From the NCBI GenBank assembly GCA_016933255.1, contig JAFGBF010000015.1, positions 79,725 to 143,724 on the forward strand: 64,000 nt of DNA, in the 5' to 3' direction. The notes beneath the pieces are model-generated. The model did no database searches, had not been told where the DNA came from, and saw nothing but the letters and a program-made list of their open reading frames with translations. The stretch is from Candidatus Krumholzibacteriota bacterium. Its GTDB lineage: Bacteria > Krumholzibacteriota > Krumholzibacteriia > Krumholzibacteriales > Krumholzibacteriaceae. A program made the position numbers and the translations under genes. The first letter of the stretch is position 1. Every line of letters begins with the position of its first letter. Shown here piece after piece: positions 46,412 to 57,038 of this stretch.

Positions 46412-47854
46412 TTGAGTCTGATATCATCCTGTATCATAGTACTTGTCCTCTATCTCTCGGTACTGATCGGAATCGGGATCTGGAGCGTAAAAAAAACGAA
46501 GTCTGCGGAAGATTTCATCCTCGGGGGCAGATCGTTCGGCCCCTGGGTGACGGCCCTTTCTTTTATCGCCGTTTATTTCAGCTCGGTACTTATCATCGGC
46601 GGCGGCGCGTTCGGCTTCAAGTTCGGTATGGGGACTATATGGATCGGAGCGATCAACGTTCTTGTCGGATGCACGCTCTGCTGGATCGTTCTCGGAAAAA
46701 GAGTCCGCCTTTTCACCGAGAGGATGGGAGTCAATACGATATCGGGATTTTTCGCCAAGAGGTATCAATCCCCGGCTGCCGGTATCTTCTCAGCCCTGAT
46801 AGTATTCCTTTTTCTGATCATTTATAATGTCAGCGTGGTCAAAGGCATGGCTAATTCGTTCGAAGTCCTGATGGATATGCCTTACTGGGCGGGGGTGATG
46901 ATATCGGGACTCGTGATCGTCTTCTATGTGGCGCTCGGCGGGTACAAGGCGGTAGTCTGGACCGGTCTGATACAGGCATGGGTGATGATATTCAGCCTCC
47001 TGCTTCTTACCTTCAGGACGGTCGGGGCTGTCGGAGGCCTTAGCGCAGGGATGAAAAAACTTGGCGATATCGGCCCCGGATATGTCAATACTCCGGGCGT
47101 CTGGGGCTGGGCCGGGCTTGTAAGCTTCTGTCTTGTGGTAAGTCTCGGTGTCTGGGGAATGCCGCAGCTTCTGATCAGGTTCTATTCGATAAAAGAAAGC
47201 AAGACATTCAGGCTTGGAACGGTGATCGTCACTGTCGGGGCCTCTATTGCCGTCCTTCCTTATCTTAACGGGGCATTCGCCAGGATACTGATTCCGGCAC
47301 TGGACAACCCTGATCTTGCGATCCCCCAGCTTTCAAGGCTCGTACTTTCTCCCTGGGGGGCTGCGATCCTTCTGGCAGGTGTGATTGCGGCCGGGATGTC
47401 GACCTTTGCGGGAGTCCTGATCATCATATCGAGTTCTCTTGTCAGGGATGTCTACCGCAACGGTCTGGGAAAAAAGTTGACGGGGGCCCAGGAGATCATG
47501 GCGAACAGGATTGTCAGCGCCTCGGTCGGGATCATAGCTCTTCTGATAGCTATGAAGCCGCCGGCTCTGATCCTTGTCCTGACCGGTTTTGCGTGGGCTG
47601 TGATAGCTTCGACGAACCTCTGGCCGCTTCTTTTCGGGCTTTACTGGAAGGGAGCCAGCAGAATGGGGGCCTTTGCCTCTATGATCGCCGGTTCGGCTAC
47701 GGCCATAATATGGACCTGGCTCAAAAAGCCTTTCGGCATCCATGGATTCATAGCGGGGACGTCGGTGAGTTTTATTGTGATACTCGTTGTGAGCCTGGTG
47801 AAAAGATGGACACCGCCTCCTCAACTGATAGAGAAGATCTGGGGAGAGGAATAA
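46412..47854 (+). CDS. Sodium:solute symporter (SSS family, PanF/PutP-like).
   Basis: LGGRSFGPWVTALSFIAVYFSS is the SSF N-terminal signature, with about 13 TM. Start is set at TTG 46412, 9 nt after the GGAGG. The supplied ORF starts at ATG 46382, inside the small upstream ORF. Confidence 0.75.
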   Translation: MSLISSCIIVLVLYLSVLIGIGIWSVKKTKSAEDFILGGRSFGPWVTALSFIAVYFSSVLIIGGGAFGFKFGMGTIWIGAINVLVGCTLCWIVLGKRVRLFTERMGVNTISGFFAKRYQSPAAGIFSALIVFLFLIIYNVSVVKGMANSFEVLMDMPYWAGVMISGLVIVFYVALGGYKAVVWTGLIQAWVMIFSLLLLTFRTVGAVGGLSAGMKKLGDIGPGYVNTPGVWGWAGLVSFCLVVSLGVWGMPQLLIRFYSIKESKTFRLGTVIVTVGASIAVLPYLNGAFARILIPALDNPDLAIPQLSRLVLSPWGAAILLAGVIAAGMSTFAGVLIIISSSLVRDVYRNGLGKKLTGAQEIMANRIVSASVGIIALLIAMKPPALILVLTGFAWAVIASTNLWPLLFGLYWKGASRMGAFASMIAGSATAIIWTWLKKPFGIHGFIAGTSVSFIVILVVSLVKRWTPPPQLIEKIWGEE

Positions 47855-47908
47855 AGATTCCGCCTCCATCCGCTGGATATTATCGGTATGCCTGATGAAA
47901 TTAATAAA

Positions 47909-47932
47909 AGGCCCCTCCATCTGGAGGGGCCT
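47909..47932. terminator. Bidirectional intrinsic terminator between the convergent symporter and tricorn genes.
   Basis: Stem AGGCCCCTCC/GGAGGGGCCT, 10-11 bp. T-rich on the minus-strand side (TTTTATTAATTTC). Confidence 0.65.
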
Positions 47933-47994
47933 TGTCTGAGTATCCGCTGCTGCTCGGCACGGAACTCGATGACAGCGATCTTCGATCCTGCTGC

Positions 47995-50900
47995 CTAACT
48001 CTTATCCGGATCCTTTCCGACTTTGGGAAGCCTGGGAGGATCATTCTTGATCTTTTCCATCAGGTATTCGATAGCCTTCTCCAGCTGCGGATCACGGCCG
48101 TCGACTACAAGGTCCGGACGGTTATCGACTTTGATGTCAGGTTTCACGCCTACCCTTTCCACATCATATTCGCCGCCGAGGTTTATGAACCCTATCGAAG
48201 GCGTCGAAAAGAACCCTCCGTCCATCAGGGGGATATTCCTGTTATATCCGACAAGCCCCCCCCATGTAGTCATCCCGATAAGGGGACCGAGCCCGGCCTG
48301 TTTGAAATAATAGGGGAAGGCGTCTCCGCCGGAACCCGCGTATCCGTTTATCACGCACGCCAGGTGCCCGTTGACTGCTATCCCAGGGGTCTTGCCCGGC
48401 TTATAGTCGCGTCTTTTGAACAGATTCGTCAGTTTCGTTCCCAATTTGTCGATAAAATAGTTCGGGATCCATCCGCCGCTGTTGTAGCGGACATCGACAA
48501 TTATCCCTTCCATATCGGTCTGGGGGTAGAAATATTTTCCGAACTCCATCAGACCCTGAACGGTGGTGTTCGGAACATGGAGATACCCGATCTTGCCGCC
48601 GCTTGCTTTGAGGACCTTCTGCCGATTGTTCTCTACCCAATCGGCGTATCGAACGTTCGTGTCGTTTGTCGCCGGTTCGACGGTTACTTCCCTGGCATCT
48701 TTACCTGACGGGTCGGCGCTGACCTTCAGTTTGACCTGATGGCCGGCCAGGTTTTCAAGCAGAGCATGCGGATTGCCTGGATTGACAAGATCATGTCCGT
48801 TTATCGATAGCAGGTATTCACCCTCCTTGACATCTACTCCCGGGAGCGAAAGGGGAGAAACGAAATTCTTATCCCAGTTTCTTCCGTCATATATCTTGCT
48901 GATCCTGTACCTTTCGCTTCCCTTATCTACTTCGAAATCACATCCCAGGTAGCCTCCGCCCACGAAGGGGGGGGGCGGGCCTGAACGGGCTCCGCCGAAA
49001 ACATAGGCGTGGCCGACATTCAGCTCTGCCTGCATCTCCCCGATTATATACGTAAGATCGTTCCTGCTGGTCAGATAAGGAAGGAAGACTTCGTAACGTT
49101 TTTTGATCTTGTTCCAGTCGACGCCATGCATATTCTCGACATAAAAGAAATCTCTTTCCAGCCTCCACGCTTCGTAGAAGATCTGGTTCCATTCGGCCTG
49201 TGGGTCGACCTTCATCGTCAGGTTCGTGCTGATGCTGCCGTCTCCGACATTTTTGCCGGCCGCAACGTCGATGATCCCATAGACGCCAAGTGCGCTGTAG
49301 ATTATCTTCGAACCGTTAGAGGAGAGGGCATAGCTCTGTATTCCGCTGATGATCGTCTTCGATTCGCGTTCTTTGATATCGAAGTATTTTAGCGTCCCTG
49401 TGACAGGCCCGACGTCGTCGAACGAGATTACTCCGGCCCTGAGTGGAAGTTCGCCGTATATGATTTTGCCCGAAACGGCATTGAGCCCGCCATAATTTCC
49501 CGATCCTATCGGGAGGGAGACGATCCTGTCACCCAGGCCATCCAGATCGATCTTGATCTTTTCGTCTTTCTTCTCAGCTTCGTCTTTCTTTTCGTCCTTA
49601 TCCTTTTCCTCTTTTTCCTTGTCCGCTTTATCTCCCTCTTTGTCTTCTTCCTTTATCTCGACCTCGTCACTTTCCGGAGCGAGAAGGGACGCGGTGTCCT
49701 TGGCGAGGGTAAGAACGCAGATATTGGTCGGAGTGACATAATCGAAGTCGAGTTCGAAGGTGTGAAACTTGATATTGATCGTCCTGTCGGAAAGAAAAAA
49801 CAAATATTTCCCGTCAGGACCGAAAACGGGCGAATAATCGTTATAGAGATCGCTTGTCACCCTGTGATTCTTATCTTCACCGACATCGTAAAGAAAGATC
49901 GACCTGAACCCGTTATCGGCATTCTTCGCATAGACGATCCATTTGCTGTCGGATGACCAGTTATAGTCTCCAAGATCCCACCATTCGTCGCGGTCGACCT
50001 TGACTATCTTCTTCGAATCTATTCCCACATAGTAAAGGTGTCCGGTCTGATCGAAGAAAGAGACATTCTTGCTGTCGGGGGACCATTCGATATCGAATGG
50101 AAATCCACCCATGCCTGTGGTGATCTTCTCTTCTTCCCCTGAGCCGTCCGGTTTCCTCAGGTAAAGCTCGTATTCACCAGTCCTGTCAGAGAGGTAAGCA
50201 ACCCAATTTCCATCCGGAGAAAAAGCGGGGCTGCGTTCGCGAATCCCTGGAGTCTCAGTCAGGTTGCGAACCTCTCCTTTTTCCGCGGGCACGGAAAAGA
50301 TATCGCCTCTTGCGCCGAAGACAGCCCGCTTGCCTCCGGCAGATACGTTGAACGAACGGATCATGTCTCCAGCGCTGGTGTACGAGTGCCGTTTAAGGTT
50401 ATGCTCGGAGCGTGCGATTATATCGAGTTTTTTCGTTTTTTCAGTATTCAGATCGAGAACGTAGAGATAGCCGGCGTTCTCATAGACGATCCGGCCGTCT
50501 CCGAGGCTCGGCCATTTGACATCGTATTCCTTGTGATCCGTTATCTTCCTGACCTTCTTTGTCGCGAGGTCATAGCAGAAGATATTCATCGTGTAGTCGC
50601 GATCGGAGATAAAATATATCTTGTCCTTATACCACATAGGAAAGGCGTCGGTCCCGTCGTATTCCGTGATCTTTTCGGCGGCGTTCTTATCGAAGTCATA
50701 AATCCAGACGTTCTGTTCCATACCGCCGCGGTAACGTTTCCATGTCCGGAATTCCCTGGATATCCGGTTGTAGGCTATCTTTTTTCCGTCTGGAGAATAT
50801 GAAGTGAGTTCTCCCTCAAAGAGAGGCAGTTCTTCAGGATACCCTCCTTCGACATCGATAGTGTAAAGCCTGTTGTAACGCGGCCCGGGGTTGGTTTTCG

Positions 50901-51291
50901 CTTCCTTGCTGCTCCTGAAGAGTATCTTTTTTCCATCCGGGTGCCAGTCCAGTGTTATATCAGCCTTCGGGTGAAATGTTAATCTTTTGGGGATCCCGCC
51001 GATAGTGGGGATCGTATATACGTCGAAATTTCCGTCGTATCCCGCGGAGAATGCGATCGTTTTTCCATCAGGGGAGAATTTCGGGAATGCCTCTCCTCCT
51101 ATGTGAGTCGTCAGGAGTGATGCCACTCCTCCGGATGAAGATACCATCCAAAGGTCTCCACCATACGAGAAGACGATATTTTCCCCGTAAATATCGGGGT
51201 AGCGCATGAGGCGGCTTTCCTCTGCGGCGTTAAGCGTGACTGCAATAAAAAGAAAAGCAGCAAGCAACGCCAGAATTCCTTTCTTGCCCAT
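47995..51291 (-). CDS. Tricorn-protease-like peptidase (S41 family with PD40/WD40-like beta-propellers).
   Basis: 1098 aa with a signal peptide. Repeated PD40-like beta-propeller segments. C-terminal S41-like catalytic region. Internal K/E-rich low-complexity insert. Confidence 0.65.
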   Translation of the reverse strand: MGKKGILALLAAFLFIAVTLNAAEESRLMRYPDIYGENIVFSYGGDLWMVSSSGGVASLLTTHIGGEAFPKFSPDGKTIAFSAGYDGNFDVYTIPTIGGIPKRLTFHPKADITLDWHPDGKKILFRSSKEAKTNPGPRYNRLYTIDVEGGYPEELPLFEGELTSYSPDGKKIAYNRISREFRTWKRYRGGMEQNVWIYDFDKNAAEKITEYDGTDAFPMWYKDKIYFISDRDYTMNIFCYDLATKKVRKITDHKEYDVKWPSLGDGRIVYENAGYLYVLDLNTEKTKKLDIIARSEHNLKRHSYTSAGDMIRSFNVSAGGKRAVFGARGDIFSVPAEKGEVRNLTETPGIRERSPAFSPDGNWVAYLSDRTGEYELYLRKPDGSGEEEKITTGMGGFPFDIEWSPDSKNVSFFDQTGHLYYVGIDSKKIVKVDRDEWWDLGDYNWSSDSKWIVYAKNADNGFRSIFLYDVGEDKNHRVTSDLYNDYSPVFGPDGKYLFFLSDRTINIKFHTFELDFDYVTPTNICVLTLAKDTASLLAPESDEVEIKEEDKEGDKADKEKEEKDKDEKKDEAEKKDEKIKIDLDGLGDRIVSLPIGSGNYGGLNAVSGKIIYGELPLRAGVISFDDVGPVTGTLKYFDIKERESKTIISGIQSYALSSNGSKIIYSALGVYGIIDVAAGKNVGDGSISTNLTMKVDPQAEWNQIFYEAWRLERDFFYVENMHGVDWNKIKKRYEVFLPYLTSRNDLTYIIGEMQAELNVGHAYVFGGARSGPPPPFVGGGYLGCDFEVDKGSERYRISKIYDGRNWDKNFVSPLSLPGVDVKEGEYLLSINGHDLVNPGNPHALLENLAGHQVKLKVSADPSGKDAREVTVEPATNDTNVRYADWVENNRQKVLKASGGKIGYLHVPNTTVQGLMEFGKYFYPQTDMEGIIVDVRYNSGGWIPNYFIDKLGTKLTNLFKRRDYKPGKTPGIAVNGHLACVINGYAGSGGDAFPYYFKQAGLGPLIGMTTWGGLVGYNRNIPLMDGGFFSTPSIGFINLGGEYDVERVGVKPDIKVDNRPDLVVDGRDPQLEKAIEYLMEKIKNDPPRLPKVGKDPDKS

Positions 51292-51561
51292 TTATTTTTC
51301 CCTTCAGGGTTAGGGTGAACAGAACAAGGATCCAGGACTCGGGACCCTGGGTATTTGTAATTATTAATACTGCCTGGAGAGAAAATAGTTTCATTAATTT
51401 TCAGATGAAACTGTAACTCCCTTGAAAATCAACATGTTGCCTGTGTCGCGTCAAAGGTTAAGAGGGCCTTTGCTGTTTCTCCTGGTGATATCAGGTTGTA
51501 CTATTCAGTTTCTTCAGATAGAGTAGACCTGTTAAACGGCTAATGATATGAGGTGAAAGAG

Positions 51562-54030
51562 ATGAGAATGAAGAAAAAGAATCTGCTTATCGGAGTCCTT
51601 ATTGCCGCTGTGATCGTTCTTGCGGCAAGTATATTTCTTAGGGTCATCCTTACAAAGGAAAGGCTCGCCGCAATGATCGTCCCAAGGCTCGAGAAAGCGG
51701 TCGATGCCAGTATCGAAATCGGTGATATCGGGATCCGATTTCCCTTCGGTTTCGGTGTCGATATCGGAAAGATGACATTTGTCAAGGAATTGCCGGGGAC
51801 AGGTACGATCCGGTTCGATTCTGAAAAGATTACGGTAGACGCATCGCTCATCAGCCTTATCCGGCGCAACCCCGAGATCAAGAGGGTATCTGTAAAGAAC
51901 GGTTCATTATTATCTTCTCTGTCCGAAAAAGAGATAGACCTGGCTCTTATCGGATTCGAAGCAGGTCTATCGGTGCTGCCGGATGGAAATTCTTACAATA
52001 TCGATGCCGATATATCCATATCCGGGATAGAAGCGGAGAAGAAAAATGAGGAAGGAAAATTCAGGGTCGAGAATGTATCGATCAGCTGCAAGGCTGTATC
52101 GAACAGGTCTTTCGATTCCATTAAAATCGACGACGCGGCGGTTGATATAAACGGTCTTATAAAGGCGGTTGTGAGCGGTCAGGTGAACAGCCTTAACGGA
52201 AAAAGAGAATTATCCCTGAGGATAGACAGCGATCCGATCGAAGCCGTGCCTCTTATGGGCTGGGTCCTCGGACTCGATCTCAGGCCGTTTGTGCCTTCGA
52301 TGAAGGAAGGGGTTATCGCGGCAGATCTTCCCGCGGATCTTGCCGGAGGGAGGGTCTCGTTCAGTGCCGATCTCGCGGGAGATCCGGCTGTCCCCGGGGA
52401 GCTTGCCGTAAACGGGGCGGTTATGGCGGAAGGGTTGATCCTGGAGCCTCGCGATATAGCCCTGCCTGTCGTCATCGACGGGACCATAAAGATTTCGGAT
52501 AAGGTGATCAGCAGTGAAAAGATCACCGCCTCTGCCGGGAAATCATCTGCAACAGCGGGTTTCAGCTTGAAGCCATCCGGGGACGGTCCTGAAAAACGGG
52601 CTGATTTCTCATGCATTATCGATCTTGATGGGGGTGATCTGTCAAAAGGACTTCCAGATGGCGCATCGCCTGTGGCTGGAAAGATCATGGCGGATATCCG
52701 CGGTGGAGGGACGCCAGCGGTTTTTTCTTCCCTCTTTCCAGGCGGAGATGGCGGGATTCCTCGCGAAGCGATCGAAAGTGCGTGGAAAGATATCGAACTT
52801 AAAGGTACGTTGAAGATCGAGAATGCAGGAATGAAATCCCCCGACGGTCTGGTCGTTATATCCGGATTTAAGGGATCGGCGAATATAATGAAGGGAAGTA
52901 TCGATCAGGTAAAAGCGGAATTTCTCTTAAATGGCAGCCGATACAGCGCGAAGGCTTCTCTAAACGGGATCATGCCGGCGATAGCGGAACTTAAGGTGAT
53001 AGAGGAGAAAAAAGAGGTTACCGGATTTGCGGAGATTCTGGATTCGGTTAAAAATATTCCGAAGATATCACTTGAAGTATCGGGCCGGGCGCTTGACCTT
53101 CGTCCTTTTTCCAGGGAAGCCGAAAAGAGGAAAAAAATCTCCAAAAGCGCTGCCGTAAAGAAAGAAAATGAGACTGCCGAAAAGAATCTTTTCGGAGGGG
53201 CTCTTCTGTTTCTTTTCGATTGCAGCGCAGGGATGAAGGTGGATACTCTTTATACCGAAAAAGCGCTTTTAAGCGCTGTTTCCGGAGCGGGCAGGATCAG
53301 AAGGGGAAAAATACTGATCGATCCTTTGTCATTTGATTATGCCGGCGGAAAGGGTAATGGAACCGCGTCGATCGACCTCAGGGATCCGGAGTCTGTCAAA
53401 TCGAAATTCAATCTGGCATTCTCCGGTGTCGAAGCTGGAAGAGCCCTATCTCCCCTTCACAATATGGGGAATCTCGTCTCAGGCAAATTTTCTTTCAGTA
53501 CGAAAGGGGAGCTAAGCTCCGGGCCTGACATAGATCTCTTGAAGACGATCTCCGTTCTCGGCAACGCGTCATCCGAGGGCGGCAAGATCGATCTTTCGAA
53601 ATTCATCTCGCCTGTCTCGAATATCGCTGGATTTGACCTGTCGGCAATTGAAAAGGTCGATTTTCACAAATGGGCGGGCAATTTTTTTATAGAAAAGGGG
53701 AGGCTCGGTACCGATGACTGGAAGATAGATTCTTCCAGCGGAAACTGGGATGTAAACGGAAGTTTCGGTTTTGACGGGACCCTCGATTACAAGGCCAGAC
53801 TATTCATGACTCCGCAGATGCAGAAAAAGATCAAAGATTTGAATAAATACAGGGATCTCATTGATCTTTTTCGCGATGAAAAGGGAAATCTTATCCTTGA
53901 TCTTGATGTCAGCGGGAATTCAAAAACTCCGAAGGTCGGGATCGATCAGAGCAGAGCCCAGAAAAAGGCTGGAGAAAAACTGCTTGAGGGAATCAAAAAA
54001 GGGATAGGCGACCTGTTTAAAAAGGAATGA
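51562..54030 (+). CDS. AsmA-family (AsmA/TamB-like) envelope protein.
   Basis: N-terminal signal-anchor (LLIGVLIAAVIVLAASIFL), then a long beta-rich periplasmic region. ATG 51562 follows AGGTGAAAGAG. Confidence 0.45.
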   Translation: MRMKKKNLLIGVLIAAVIVLAASIFLRVILTKERLAAMIVPRLEKAVDASIEIGDIGIRFPFGFGVDIGKMTFVKELPGTGTIRFDSEKITVDASLISLIRRNPEIKRVSVKNGSLLSSLSEKEIDLALIGFEAGLSVLPDGNSYNIDADISISGIEAEKKNEEGKFRVENVSISCKAVSNRSFDSIKIDDAAVDINGLIKAVVSGQVNSLNGKRELSLRIDSDPIEAVPLMGWVLGLDLRPFVPSMKEGVIAADLPADLAGGRVSFSADLAGDPAVPGELAVNGAVMAEGLILEPRDIALPVVIDGTIKISDKVISSEKITASAGKSSATAGFSLKPSGDGPEKRADFSCIIDLDGGDLSKGLPDGASPVAGKIMADIRGGGTPAVFSSLFPGGDGGIPREAIESAWKDIELKGTLKIENAGMKSPDGLVVISGFKGSANIMKGSIDQVKAEFLLNGSRYSAKASLNGIMPAIAELKVIEEKKEVTGFAEILDSVKNIPKISLEVSGRALDLRPFSREAEKRKKISKSAAVKKENETAEKNLFGGALLFLFDCSAGMKVDTLYTEKALLSAVSGAGRIRRGKILIDPLSFDYAGGKGNGTASIDLRDPESVKSKFNLAFSGVEAGRALSPLHNMGNLVSGKFSFSTKGELSSGPDIDLLKTISVLGNASSEGGKIDLSKFISPVSNIAGFDLSAIEKVDFHKWAGNFFIEKGRLGTDDWKIDSSSGNWDVNGSFGFDGTLDYKARLFMTPQMQKKIKDLNKYRDLIDLFRDEKGNLILDLDVSGNSKTPKVGIDQSRAQKKAGEKLLEGIKKGIGDLFKKE

Positions 54031-54107
54031 CCGTATCGAAGTATGATCTTTGGCTGATATCCGTATCATTGATATGGAGACGATATACCGCCCTGACCGG
54101 AATAAAA

Positions 54108-54147
54108 AACCCCCGGGAAGATCTGTTGTCAGGCTTTTCCCGGGGGA
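54108..54147. terminator. Bidirectional terminator between the convergent AsmA-like and Ig-like lipoprotein genes.
   Basis: 10-bp stem CCCCCGGGAA/TTCCCGGGGG, flanked by an A-run on the plus strand (T-run on the minus strand). Confidence 0.6.
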
Positions 54148-54172
54148 TCGGATTTCAGATTTTCTGATCTTG

Positions 54173-55027
54173 TCAGTCGGCGATAGTAAAGTTGACGGCT
54201 GCAGAGCGGCCCTCGACCTCGACGAGACTTTTTAAAGCATCGCAGGAAGCGATAATGGGACGATCAGAAGAAACTGCATCAGGGTTCGCAAGAATCTTGA
54301 ATGAAATATTGTCAAGATCCTCGAAAAGTACCAGACCAAAGCTGGCTACGAGGATAGGACCCTGAAACGCTTCGTACATCTCTCTTTCAAAGGCGACCGC
54401 CATTCCGGCGAAAGGATCACCCATCGATACGGAGACGTAGCTTGGGAATGAAACATATGTGTGAGAATACTGTGTTCCAAGACCAAGTGGGTTGTCATCG
54501 CTGTCATACATGTTGATCATGAACTCAGTTGCTGAGGCGCAACCGACTTCGCATTCTTCAAGCATGATAAAGATATGACAATCAAGTGCGGAAAACGCGC
54601 CGGTTTCTGCACCGCATACTGACGCTTCTTCGTCAAAGAAGATGGCCAGTGAAGGGTTCGACGGAACATCGACGTTCAGTGTCAATTCCGCTGTTGCCGA
54701 GTGCGGTGTGTCGGCAGCATCAAAACATTCTACGCTGAATGTATGCTCCTCGACCGATTCCAGCATCCCGACTATCTTACCATCGGTTGAAAGACTTATG
54801 CCGGACGGCAAAGTCGAGCCAACAGCAAGGGACCAGGTGTAGGGCGCTGTTCCGCCAGTTGCTTCGAGGGTGAAATTGTAAGGTGTACAAGTGTAACCCT
54901 GCGAAAGCTCTGTCGTTGATACTTCCAACTCCTCAGGGGTCGGAGTAACGGTTGTGCTATCATCCGAGCAGGAAATAATTATACCGCTCAATGATAAAAC
55001 TAACAGGACTGCGAAGACCTTCCTCAT
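54173..55027 (-). CDS. Lipoprotein with putative Ig-like domain(s).
   Basis: Start set at MRKVFAVLLVLSLSGIIISCSDD, which has an AAGGAGG RBS. The Ig-like segment reads YTCTPYNFTLEATGGTAPYTWSL. Confidence 0.5.
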   Translation of the reverse strand: MRKVFAVLLVLSLSGIIISCSDDSTTVTPTPEELEVSTTELSQGYTCTPYNFTLEATGGTAPYTWSLAVGSTLPSGISLSTDGKIVGMLESVEEHTFSVECFDAADTPHSATAELTLNVDVPSNPSLAIFFDEEASVCGAETGAFSALDCHIFIMLEECEVGCASATEFMINMYDSDDNPLGLGTQYSHTYVSFPSYVSVSMGDPFAGMAVAFEREMYEAFQGPILVASFGLVLFEDLDNISFKILANPDAVSSDRPIIASCDALKSLVEVEGRSAAVNFTIAD

Positions 55028-55452
55028 GATGAGACCTCCTTCTCTTCGAGTGAGTCCATTATTGTCCCCTCGGGCTCTTTTCAGCAACCTGTGTGCCAAT
55101 TCCTGCAATAGTGATTTGTGTCAGTGTAAACGTCCTTCTTATAAGGAGATATACGTATAAGCCCCTGTCCGCCCCGCAGCCTTTATATCCTTTTTGAATT
55201 CTCATTATGCCATGAATGGCCTTATAGTGTGTTCTGGTACTGAGATGTCTTTAATTCAACTTCAGGCTGTACAGTAAGGACCAGATAGGGAAGCGGAAAA
55301 AGAAGATGAATAGATCTTTGCCTGCAGGTGTATCGATATGTGGAGCAATCAATGATTGTGGCTGTCTTCAATAACAGATATACTGTGCAGCGGACAGAGG
55401 ACAAAAGGTTTGGGGCTGAGTTTCCATTTCGGCCCCGGAATGGAGGATAGAA

Positions 55453-56004
55453 ATGGTCGTGTGGATAATTCTGATAGCAGCGGTCGTCTTTCTGTTTATC
55501 GCTATCGGGCTCTATAATACGCTGGTCCGGTTGAGGAAAAGATGCGATAACGGATGGGCACAGATCGACGTTCAGCTTAAGAGGCGCTATGATCTTATTC
55601 CCAATCTGATTGAGACGGTAAAGGGGTATATGGCGCACGAAAAAAGCGTGCTGGAAAATGTGACGAAGGCAAGGCAGCAGGCGATCGACGTCTCCGGAGT
55701 AAAGGATCAGGCGAAGGCCGAGAATATGCTTACCAGCACTTTGAGGACGCTTTTTGCCGTATCGGAGAACTATCCCGATCTCAAAGCGAACACAAATATG
55801 CTTGCTATGCAGGAAGAGCTCGTTTCTACAGAAAACAAGATCTCTTTCGCAAGGCAGCATTATAACGATTGCGTGATGGTCTATAATACGAGGACCGAGA
55901 CGGTTCCTTCAAATATCGTCGCATCGGTCTTCGGATTCAAACAGGCCGATTTCTTCGAACTCGAGGATGAGGCCCAGCGGGAAGCTCCGAAGGTGAGTTT
56001 TTGA
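55453..56004 (+). CDS. lemA: LemA-family protein.
   Basis: N-terminal TM, then LYNTLVRLRKRCDNGWAQIDVQLKRRYDLIPNL, which is LemA-typical. GGAGGA RBS. Confidence 0.85.
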   Translation: MVVWIILIAAVVFLFIAIGLYNTLVRLRKRCDNGWAQIDVQLKRRYDLIPNLIETVKGYMAHEKSVLENVTKARQQAIDVSGVKDQAKAENMLTSTLRTLFAVSENYPDLKANTNMLAMQEELVSTENKISFARQHYNDCVMVYNTRTETVPSNIVASVFGFKQADFFELEDEAQREAPKVSF

Positions 56005-56070
56005 TCGGAGCGTCAGATATCCGAAAAGGTCTGGACCGTTGAAACGCAGAATCAGGGAGTCACGATCGGT

Positions 56071-56958
56071 ATGATGTATGATAATATATCGGCAAACAAA
56101 AGAAATTCCTGGCTGCTGGTCATCTCTGTGACTGTCTTTCTGCTTATTCTAGGATATTTCCTCGGCGATTTTTACGGCAGCGGTTACTTCGGTATGGGGC
56201 TTGCCGTGACGTTCGCCGTGATCTCGGCGCTGCTGAGTTATTATGGCGGCGACAAGATGATCCTGGGAATGAGCAAGGCGCTGAGAATCGAGAAAAAGGA
56301 CTATCCCCAGCTTTTTAATGTGGTGGAGGAGCTTTCTATCGCGGCAGGAGTTCCGGTTCCCGCAATATATGTGATAGACGATACCGCTCCCAACGCTTTT
56401 GCGACCGGAAGGGATCCGGGGCACTCCGCAGTCGCGATAACCACGGGGCTATTGGAAAAGCTCGATCGCGACGAGCTTCAGGGGGTCATGGCTCACGAGC
56501 TTTCGCATATAGGGAACAGGGATATACTCTTTTCGATGATGGTCGGGATCATGGTCGGTTCGATAGTGTTGATAAGTGATTTTTTTCTCAGATCGGTATT
56601 CTGGGGGGGAGGAAGGAAAAAAAGCAGGGACAAAGGGGGGAGCGGTCCCATGATAATAATAGCGCTTCTTCTCGCGATCCTGGCACCGATCTTCGCAAAG
56701 ATCCTTCAGCTTGCCGTGTCCAGACAGCGCGAATACCTTGCTGATGCTTCCGCCGTTCAGCTGACCCGCTATCCAGCCGGGCTGGCCTCAGCTCTGAAAA
56801 AGATCTCTTCCGACGAAGAGGTCCTTGAAGTGGCCAACAGGGCGACTCAGCACATGTATATAGTCAATCCGATAAAGCCGTTTGAAAAAAGGGCAAAATC
56901 GCTTTTCAGCACTCATCCTCCGATAGAAGAGCGCATCACAAGGCTTGAAAACATGTAA
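56071..56958 (+). CDS. htpX: M48 zinc metalloprotease, HtpX homolog.
   Basis: HEXXH (HELSHIGNRD). Four TM segments. Canonical lemA-htpX pairing. Confidence 0.85.
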   Translation: MMYDNISANKRNSWLLVISVTVFLLILGYFLGDFYGSGYFGMGLAVTFAVISALLSYYGGDKMILGMSKALRIEKKDYPQLFNVVEELSIAAGVPVPAIYVIDDTAPNAFATGRDPGHSAVAITTGLLEKLDRDELQGVMAHELSHIGNRDILFSMMVGIMVGSIVLISDFFLRSVFWGGGRKKSRDKGGSGPMIIIALLLAILAPIFAKILQLAVSRQREYLADASAVQLTRYPAGLASALKKISSDEEVLEVANRATQHMYIVNPIKPFEKRAKSLFSTHPPIEERITRLENM

Positions 56959-57038
56959 GAAGAATGCCTCTTCCCCGGGCCAGCGGCTGGTTGGCTGGAG
57001 ATACCGCCTCGGCTGACCTCTTGTGCCGCCGCAGGTCC

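Noticed and set aside
55109-55140. GTGCCA-N5-TGCAA, which resembles a sigma-54 element.
   Set aside because: On either strand the order is TTGC before TGGCAC (wrong polarity), so it cannot function as a -24/-12 promoter.
55222-55860. 212-aa ORF antisense to lemA.
   Set aside because: It overlaps the well-supported LemA gene, and the lemA-htpX pairing is canonical.
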